In this document: positions 57,725 through 64,000 of the stretch, piece by piece | Layout: every line of letters begins with the position of its first letter | Position numbering within the stretch: the first letter of the stretch is position 1 | Assembly (NCBI GenBank): GCA_024281175.1 | Contig: JAMJTW010000014.1 | Location: 131,675-195,674, forward strand | Direction: 5' to 3' | DNA length: 64,000 nucleotides | Source: Candidatus Thiovulum imperiosus | GTDB taxonomy: Bacteria > Campylobacterota > Campylobacteria > Campylobacterales > Thiovulaceae | The notes under the pieces: generated by a model | Seen by the model: the letters and a program-made list of their open reading frames with translations, nothing else | What the model was told of the DNA's origin: nothing | Database searches by the model: none | Made by a program: the position numbers and the translations under genes

Positions 57725-58336
57725 TTAACCCTCTTTTGTTAGATTTTCCCAAACAGCTTTTTCAATTACTACTGCTTGATACTTACTCGCTGTAAATCCA
57801 TTTAGCTCGTCGCTTTCAACATATTCACATTTTGGTAAATTTCTAAAAGCTAAAATCTCTTTTTCACCAAACGCTTCAGCAACTACTAATGCACTTTTCG
57901 ACTCTAAATTTTGGAATTTAGAATTTGCATCTTTTGTCTTTCCAGACTCCACTGCAACTTTCTCAACTACAAAAAGTTTTCCAGCTTCTGAAAGTGTGCT
58001 AAGTGCAAGTTTTGTAGCAAGTGCTTGTTGCTTCTTATTCACTTTCTGAACATAGTTTCTCTTTGTTGGACCAAAAGCTGTTCCACCACCTACAAAAACA
58101 GGACTTCTTCGAGAACCAGCTCTAGCTCCACCTCGACCTTTTTGACTCCAAGGCTTTTTACCACCTCCGCTAACTTCAGTTCGAGTTTTCGATTTAGCAG
58201 TGTTTGCTCTCATAGAAGCGTGGAATGCTTTTACAAAAAGATATAAATTGTGAGGATTTATCTCTTTCCAATCTGCTGGAAGCTCTAAAGTTTCAGCCGT
58301 CTTCTCAAAATTCTCATTTAAAACTACAACTGCCAT
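57725..58336 (-). CDS. rplD: 50S ribosomal protein L4
   Basis: [24 protein letters not shown]. Confidence 0.95.
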   Translation of the reverse strand: MAVVVLNENFEKTAETLELPADWKEINPHNLYLFVKAFHASMRANTAKSKTRTEVSGGGKKPWSQKGRGGARAGSRRSPVFVGGGTAFGPTKRNYVQKVNKKQQALATKLALSTLSEAGKLFVVEKVAVESGKTKDANSKFQNLESKSALVVAEAFGEKEILAFRNLPKCEYVESDELNGFTASKYQAVVIEKAVWENLTKEG

Positions 58337-58917
58337 TATTTGATTACCTTTAATCTACCAAATCTACCATTTGAACCAGACACAGACCCTTTTAAAACTA
58401 AAATATTCTGCTCTGTATCAAAAGAGATAACTTCATTTTTTACCGAGTTTCGTGTATTTCCATACTGACCTGGCATTTTTTGTCCTGGTTGAACTCGTCC
58501 TGGCCATTCAGCATTACCGATTGAACCTGTTCTTCTATGGAAACGGCTACCGTGAGATTTTGGACCACCAGCAAAACCGTGTCTCTTAATTCCCCCAGAG
58601 AAACCTCGTCCCTTTGTGTTGAAAGAAGTTTGAACCTCTTTTGCTTCTCCAAGAGAAGATAAGTCTAAATCTCCAGCTTCACTATTCGCAACTTTTGAAA
58701 GAGTTGTAAATCTGTTGAAATCTTCTGGTAAAGCAAATTTCTTCTGCTGACCTTTAATAGGCTTGTTTGCTTTCTTTCCTTGTGCATAGGAGACAAGAGC
58801 AGAACCATTTTCATTAATTTCACAAACTTTTGTTTCAACAACTCTTAATAGGGTTACGGGAATACTTGGAACTCCAACTGTTCGGCTCATACCGATTTTT
58901 TCTACAATAAATTCCAC
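58336..58917 (-). CDS. rplC: 50S ribosomal protein L3
   Basis: GKGFSG-like [23 protein letters not shown]. Confidence 0.95.
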   Translation of the reverse strand: MEFIVEKIGMSRTVGVPSIPVTLLRVVETKVCEINENGSALVSYAQGKKANKPIKGQQKKFALPEDFNRFTTLSKVANSEAGDLDLSSLGEAKEVQTSFNTKGRGFSGGIKRHGFAGGPKSHGSRFHRRTGSIGNAEWPGRVQPGQKMPGQYGNTRNSVKNEVISFDTEQNILVLKGSVSGSNGRFGRLKVIK

Positions 58918-58927
58918 CTGTTACTCC

Positions 58928-59239
58928 TTACTTATCCATTGAGCGAACTTCAACGTCCACTTCTGGAGCTAAATCGAGTTTCATAAGTGAGTCTACTGTT
59001 TCTGGAGTAGCGGATACTATATCAACCATTCGAGCGTGGCTTCGGATTTCGAACTGCTCTCGGGAGTCTTTATTTACATGCGGAGACTTTAAAACAGTAT
59101 ATTTTCTTATCTTCGTTGGGAGAAGAATTGGACCTCTGATAGAGGCACCTGTTCGTTTAACTGCCTCAACTATGGCGGCGACTGACCTATCTAAAATTCG
59201 ATGGTCGTAAGCCTTCAACTTTAATCTTATTTTTTCCAT
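58928..59239 (-). CDS. rpsJ: 30S ribosomal protein S10
   Basis: Start at [17 protein letters not shown] (59239). The track ORF has a 16-codon upstream extension. Confidence 0.95.
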   Translation of the reverse strand: MEKIRLKLKAYDHRILDRSVAAIVEAVKRTGASIRGPILLPTKIRKYTVLKSPHVNKDSREQFEIRSHARMVDIVSATPETVDSLMKLDLAPEVDVEVRSMDK

Positions 59240-59394
59240 AGAGACTTTTACCTTAAAAAGAACTCGTTGGTAGTATTTAAACTCCAACAGAAATTTGGCT
59301 GGAATTGTAGTAGAAAAGGAGATTTAATGCAAATATTACTAGATAGTTTATCCTTTTAAAAAGGATAAAATCAAGAAATAGTTTTCAAATTTAA

Positions 59395-61296
59395 ATGAGG
59401 TTGTACATGAATTTAAGAACAGTTTTAAAAATTCCAGAAGAGTTAGCTTCAGAAGAGGTTTATGGAGTTGGGATAGGAACTTTTATAGAGGAGAAAGAGA
59501 ACTATTTCTCAACTCATAAAAGTAATTTCTCTTTAGAAGAGATAGAACAATTTACAAATTTGAGAGAATTGGAAATTTGGAGTGATGAAATTCCAGATTC
59601 TCTTTTCAATTTAAAAAAATTAGAGAGATTAGCTATTGGGAATAGAGTAGTTTCAGAAAATATTGGGAAATTGCAAACTCTTATAGATTTAGAGCTTGGA
59701 TATGTCGAAACAGTTTCAGCGGAAATTGGAAAGTTGGTAAATTTGAAATATCTCTACTTATGGGGTTTTGAAAAAAGTAGCTTTCAAGAAATTCCAAAAG
59801 AGATAGGAAAACTAAAAAATTTGGAAGTTTTAAGTTTAGATGGTTCATTTAAGGAGTTTCCAAAAGAGATAGGAAAACTAAGAAATTTAGAAGAGTTAGA
59901 AATTTCTGGAAATTTGAAAAGAGTAGAGATAGAGAAACTTTCAAAATTGAGAAAGCTGGAAATTGTTGAAGTAGAAGAGTTTCCTAGAGAGATAGGAAAT
60001 TTGAAAGAGTTAGAAGAGTTACGAATTTATGGAAGATTTGAGAAAGTTCCAAAGGAGATAGAGAAACTTTCCAAATTAAGAAAGTTGGATATTTCTGGAA
60101 ATTTTAGAGAGTTTCCAAAAGAGATAGAAAATCTAAGAAATTTAGAAGAGTTAGAAATTTCTGGAAACTTTGAAACTGTTTTAGGAATTCAAAATATCTT
60201 GAAATTTGGAGTTCATTTTAAAAGAGAGATAACAGAAATTACAATTTCAGATTTTGAGAATTTAAGAGAACTTGTTGTTGGTGATGAGGTGGAATTTGTA
60301 AAACTTTCCAATTTGCCAAATTTGAAACAGCTCTATCTTGAAAGTGATTTTGAAATCTCAGAAGATAGTTCTAAAAATCTGGAAATACTATACTTAAGAT
60401 ATTTTGCAAAAGAGTTTGATTTATCACATTTCCCAAACTTGCAAAAATTGGATTTAGATACTCCTACTCTTTCTAAAATTTCTGGAAAAACAGATTTGAA
60501 ATCTCTGAAAATTCAACATGGTGGTTCTATCACTTTACCAAAAATAGATAGTTTAGAAGAGTTGTATCTTTATGATACAAAAGTGGATTTTGAATTTCCA
60601 AAAAGATTGAAAGTATTGAGTTTATGTAGAAACATAGATGAGTTTCCACATTTTGATTTAGAAGAGTTATATCTTGAAGGTCTCTTTTCTAAAGAACTTC
60701 CAGATTGGATAGAAAATCAGAAAAAACTTCGAGTTTTAGATATTCAATGGTCAAGTTTAGAAAAAGTTTCTGAAGCTATAACAGATTTTGAAAATTTGGA
60801 AAAATTAAATCTTTTCAAAAACCATATTGAGTTTTTTCCAAAAGGAATTGGAAAATTAAAAAATTTAAAAGAGTTCTTTTTTGAAGAGGAGAAGATTAGT
60901 TTTAATGAATATAACAGAATTAGAAAAGCACTGCCAAATACAGAAATTCCAGATAAAGAGATTGAGGTTTTTGTTTATGGAACTTTGAAAAAAGGTTTCT
61001 ATTATCAGATTTTAAAAGATGCACAATTTCTTGGAAAGGCAACAACTGAAGAGAGCTATCCAATGATTTCAGAAAATGGAACTTTTCCTTACCTCATCGA
61101 CAAAGAGGGGTGTGGAAAGAAAATAGCAGGTGAACTCTATCGTATAGATAAAGATATTTTAAAAGAGTTAGATTTTGTAGAAGGATATCCAAAATACTAC
61201 TACCGAAAAGATATAAAAGTCCGAGTTCATGATGAACCTAAAGCGTATTGGAGATACGCAATCACCTATTTTAAAATAGACTATTTTAGGATTTAA
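59395..61296 (+). CDS. Cytoplasmic leucine-rich-repeat protein fused to a C-terminal gamma-glutamylcyclotransferase-like (GGCT/AIG2) domain
   Basis: No signal peptide. Many LRR units (FPKEIGKLRNLEELEISGN...). C-terminal VFVYGTLKKGFYY...IAGELYRID...LDFVEGYPKYYYR (YGTLK.G and GE.Y motifs). Alternative start ATG 59407. Confidence 0.8.
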   Translation: MRLYMNLRTVLKIPEELASEEVYGVGIGTFIEEKENYFSTHKSNFSLEEIEQFTNLRELEIWSDEIPDSLFNLKKLERLAIGNRVVSENIGKLQTLIDLELGYVETVSAEIGKLVNLKYLYLWGFEKSSFQEIPKEIGKLKNLEVLSLDGSFKEFPKEIGKLRNLEELEISGNLKRVEIEKLSKLRKLEIVEVEEFPREIGNLKELEELRIYGRFEKVPKEIEKLSKLRKLDISGNFREFPKEIENLRNLEELEISGNFETVLGIQNILKFGVHFKREITEITISDFENLRELVVGDEVEFVKLSNLPNLKQLYLESDFEISEDSSKNLEILYLRYFAKEFDLSHFPNLQKLDLDTPTLSKISGKTDLKSLKIQHGGSITLPKIDSLEELYLYDTKVDFEFPKRLKVLSLCRNIDEFPHFDLEELYLEGLFSKELPDWIENQKKLRVLDIQWSSLEKVSEAITDFENLEKLNLFKNHIEFFPKGIGKLKNLKEFFFEEEKISFNEYNRIRKALPNTEIPDKEIEVFVYGTLKKGFYYQILKDAQFLGKATTEESYPMISENGTFPYLIDKEGCGKKIAGELYRIDKDILKELDFVEGYPKYYYRKDIKVRVHDEPKAYWRYAITYFKIDYFRI

Positions 61297-61334
61297 GTAA
61301 AATTCATAATTGAAGTTCATTTACAGGAGAGAAG

Positions 61335-62396
61335 TTGCTAGTTCATAAGATGTTGAACTCACAACCAAGTTTATGCTGTACTGTTACAGATGGAAAAGTG
61401 AGTTCCACAAATCAGAAGTTTAGAAGTTTTTTTGAGATAGAAGAGAATGAAATTCTCAGAAAAAAACTTGAATTACGAGATTTTGTTTCTACATTTAAAG
61501 AAGAGTGGATTGATGCAAGAATAAAATATCCAGATACTCCTTATAAAGTAGAACTCTATAAAAATGGAAAGAACTACATCTTTGATACTTATCTCTCCTT
61601 AAGCTACTATGACACTTCATACATTTATGTAGTAACAATGTTAGATGTTTCAGAAATTGAAGAGTTGAAAAAGAGAGAATTGGCTCAAGCAAAAACTATA
61701 TCCATTGGAGAACTATCGATGGGACTGACTCATGAAGTAAATACGCCTCTAACATATATTAAGGGAAATATTGACCTCATCGAAATGGATATCTCATTTT
61801 TAGAGGATAAAAAACTTGTAGAGACTTTACAAGAGAATATAGATGCTGTTCGAGATGGTGTTGATAGAATAAATTCAATTGTAGAACTTTTAAAAGAGTA
61901 CTCTTCAAACAGTCTTGATTTGAATAGTAACTGCAATATTTATGAAGCGATAATCAATGGATATAAACTAATTTCTGGAACTGCTCAATACATCTCTCCA
62001 ATTTACTTAAATGGTGAGAGACTTTCTATGAACTACAAATCAAAAGAGACTCTTTTCAAATGCATTGAGAAGAGAAAGTTAGAACAGGTTATTCTTATAC
62101 TTTTTCAAAACTCTCTTGATGAATTGAAGAACTCATCTATACCGTACAATAAAAGGTATATAGAAGTTACTATTGAAAATTATAAAGATGGAAAAACTTT
62201 GATAGAGGTAAAAGATAATGGTGGTGGTATTGAAGAGAAGTTGCTTCCAAAAATCTTTGAACCATTTGTTAGTGGAAAGCCTCAATCTGGAATGGGACTT
62301 GGACTAAATATTGCAAAAAAGATAATTAATGAACATGCGGGAGAAATTTATGCTGAAAATTTTGAAGCTGGAGCTTCGGTAAAGATACTGTTTTGA
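61335..62396 (+). CDS. Cytoplasmic sensor histidine kinase (PAS-like N-terminus, HisKA, HATPase)
   Basis: H-box GLTHEVNTPLTYI. VKDNGGGIEE. GMGLGLNIAKKII. Possible ATG start at 61350. Confidence 0.8.
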   Translation: MLVHKMLNSQPSLCCTVTDGKVSSTNQKFRSFFEIEENEILRKKLELRDFVSTFKEEWIDARIKYPDTPYKVELYKNGKNYIFDTYLSLSYYDTSYIYVVTMLDVSEIEELKKRELAQAKTISIGELSMGLTHEVNTPLTYIKGNIDLIEMDISFLEDKKLVETLQENIDAVRDGVDRINSIVELLKEYSSNSLDLNSNCNIYEAIINGYKLISGTAQYISPIYLNGERLSMNYKSKETLFKCIEKRKLEQVILILFQNSLDELKNSSIPYNKRYIEVTIENYKDGKTLIEVKDNGGGIEEKLLPKIFEPFVSGKPQSGMGLGLNIAKKIINEHAGEIYAENFEAGASVKILF

Positions 62397-63790
62397 TAGA
62401 TGTTTTAGATATAAAAGATTTTTATCTCTCAATAGGAGAGAAAGAGATATTGAAAAATATCTCAATTTCATTAAGAGATGGTGAAATTTTTGCATTTATT
62501 GGAGAGAGTGGCTCTGGAAAATCTCTGTTGGCTCACTCTATTTTAAAACTGCTACCAAGAAATTCTGATTTCAAAGGTGAAATTATCTTTGAAGAGAGAA
62601 ATATTCTCTGGCTCTCCAAACCAGAACTTAGAGATATTCGAGGTGATAGAATTTCTTATATTTTTCAAGAACCGATGCAGAGCTTAAATCCACTACACAA
62701 AGTTGGAAAACAGATTGAAGAGATGATTGAAAATCACCAACTAATTTTTAAAAAAGATATGAAAATAGCTTTAAAAGAGTTGATGAAAAAAGTATCTCTA
62801 CCAATAGAATTACTCTCAAAATATCCACACCAACTATCTGGAGGAGAGAGACAGAGAGTTCTAATTGCAATTGCAATTGCAAATTCTCCAAATATTTTAA
62901 TTGCAGATGAACCAACAACTGCTCTTGATAAAGAGTTGCAAAAAGATATTTTAGAACTTATAAAATTCCTAGATAGAACAACTATTCTGATTTCTCACAA
63001 TTTAGAAGCTGTAAAAGATATTGCTGATAGAGTCGCAATTTTTAAAGATGGCGAAATTTTAGAGATTGGTAAAACAGAAGATATCTTCTCCTCTCCAAAA
63101 AGTGAATACACAAAACAGTTGCTCTATCTACCAGATTGGAAAGAGCCAACTCCAGCTTTGGGAAATAGAGATATTTTAAAAATAGAGAATTTAAATATTG
63201 AGTATGATAGTGGAGTAAAGATAGAAGATATCTCTTTCTCTCTAAAAGTTGGTGAGTCAATTGGAATTATTGGACGAAGTGGTTCTGGAAAGTCATCAAT
63301 TGCAAAAGCAATTGTTGGTCTTGTAAAATCTGAAGGAGAGATAAAAAACTACTCTTTCCAATCAATTCAGATGATTTTTCAAGACCCTTATGGTAGCCTA
63401 AATCCAAAAATGAGCATTTTTGAAATTATAGTTGAAGGGCTTAAAATTCATTTTCCAGATAAAGATAATTTTAAATCACAAGTTCACAACATTGCTGAAA
63501 GAGTCCACCTTCCTTATGAACTTCTCTACAAATATCCTCATCAACTCTCTGGAGGTGAAAGACAGCGAGTCTCTATTGCAAGAGCATTAATTTTAAAACC
63601 GAAAATTCTAATTTTAGATGAACCAACTTCAGCATTAGATAGAAGAATTGAAATTGAGATAGTAGAACTTCTTTTAGAACTTCAAAGAGAGTTAAAACTC
63701 TCCTACATTTTTATTTCACACGATTTGGAAATTTTAAAACCTCTTGTTCACAAAATTATCAAAATTGAGAATGGCAAAATAGTTGATTAA
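62393..63790 (+). CDS. ABC transporter ATP-binding protein with duplicated ATPase domains (peptide/opine-type, YejF-like)
   Basis: Two Walker A (GESGSGKS, GRSGSGKS), two signatures (LSGGERQR twice), two Walker B (ADEPTTALD, LDEPTSALD). The TTG start overlaps the kinase stop. Confidence 0.85.
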   Translation: MIDVLDIKDFYLSIGEKEILKNISISLRDGEIFAFIGESGSGKSLLAHSILKLLPRNSDFKGEIIFEERNILWLSKPELRDIRGDRISYIFQEPMQSLNPLHKVGKQIEEMIENHQLIFKKDMKIALKELMKKVSLPIELLSKYPHQLSGGERQRVLIAIAIANSPNILIADEPTTALDKELQKDILELIKFLDRTTILISHNLEAVKDIADRVAIFKDGEILEIGKTEDIFSSPKSEYTKQLLYLPDWKEPTPALGNRDILKIENLNIEYDSGVKIEDISFSLKVGESIGIIGRSGSGKSSIAKAIVGLVKSEGEIKNYSFQSIQMIFQDPYGSLNPKMSIFEIIVEGLKIHFPDKDNFKSQVHNIAERVHLPYELLYKYPHQLSGGERQRVSIARALILKPKILILDEPTSALDRRIEIEIVELLLELQRELKLSYIFISHDLEILKPLVHKIIKIENGKIVD

Positions 63791-63857
63791 ACGAGTTTTT
63801 GCAGATGGTAGAGGAAAGTTTCAAATTTTCCTTTTTCCATTCTACTTTTTAGTCTAT

Positions 63858-64000
63858 ATGATGCTGTTTTATGACCACGATAGCGATGCTTGGAGTATGG
63901 AAGATTTTAATAAAAGTGTAAAGTATAAAACTTTAGAAGAGATTTTTACAACTCATGGAGAACCGAGTAACTTTGAAATAAGAGGAAAATTTCTAGTTCT
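63858..64000 (+). CDS. Hypothetical protein, 5' fragment running off the right edge
   Basis: Open frame MMLFYDHDSDAWSMEDFNKSVKYKTLEEIFTTHGEPSNFEIRGKFLV... with no stop before the window end. Confidence 0.3.
   Translation, partial: MMLFYDHDSDAWSMEDFNKSVKYKTLEEIFTTHGEPSNFEIRGKFLV

Noticed and set aside
59349-59372. The perfect palindrome TTATCCTTTTAAAAAGGATAA between rpsJ and the LRR-GGCT gene as a terminator
   Set aside because: It lies between divergent gene starts, so nothing is transcribed into it to terminate. It may be an operator, but an AT-rich palindrome in an AT-rich promoter region is weak evidence on its own.

Overview
Low-GC bacterial chromosome segment. The ribosomal protein sequences, a 278-aa BioB, a four-subunit pyruvate:ferredoxin oxidoreductase in gamma-delta-alpha-beta order, RNase Y, M23-minC-lpxC adjacency and the lack of rpmD between rpsE and rplO all point to Campylobacterota (Epsilonproteobacteria). 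Core content: purB, fabG, rpiB, rny, murD, bioB, lpxD, purH, rpmH-rnpA, greA, dut, minC, lpxC, rplJL, the por operon, prmC, serB, apt, and the complete S10-spc cluster from rpsJ to infA on the minus strand (48.6-59.2 kb). Between these sit many accessory exported or lipoprotein genes: an LRR lipoprotein, three DUF1566 loci, an ankyrin-caspase lipoprotein, a beta-propeller protein and an internally duplicated secreted protein. There is also a HaeIII-like type II R-M pair, an orphan SPPY methyltransferase, two XRE-HTH/antirepressor-like cassettes (one degraded), and a dispersed family of about 90-160 bp palindromic intergenic repeats. I saw no rRNA, tRNA, CRISPR array, transposase or integrase. 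The best candidates for something new are: (1) a sensorless histidine kinase + SiaB-like kinase + SiaC-like (DUF1987) module without SiaA or SiaD partners; (2) an ankyrin-caspase lipoprotein gene bracketed by inverted copies of the repeat; (3) a cytoplasmic LRR protein fused to a gamma-glutamylcyclotransferase-like domain; (4) a candidate c-di-GMP-I (GEMM) riboswitch upstream of the duplicated secreted protein; (5) the repeat family itself, which coincides with breakpoints of normally conserved operons. All family assignments come from reading motifs by eye, not from searches.
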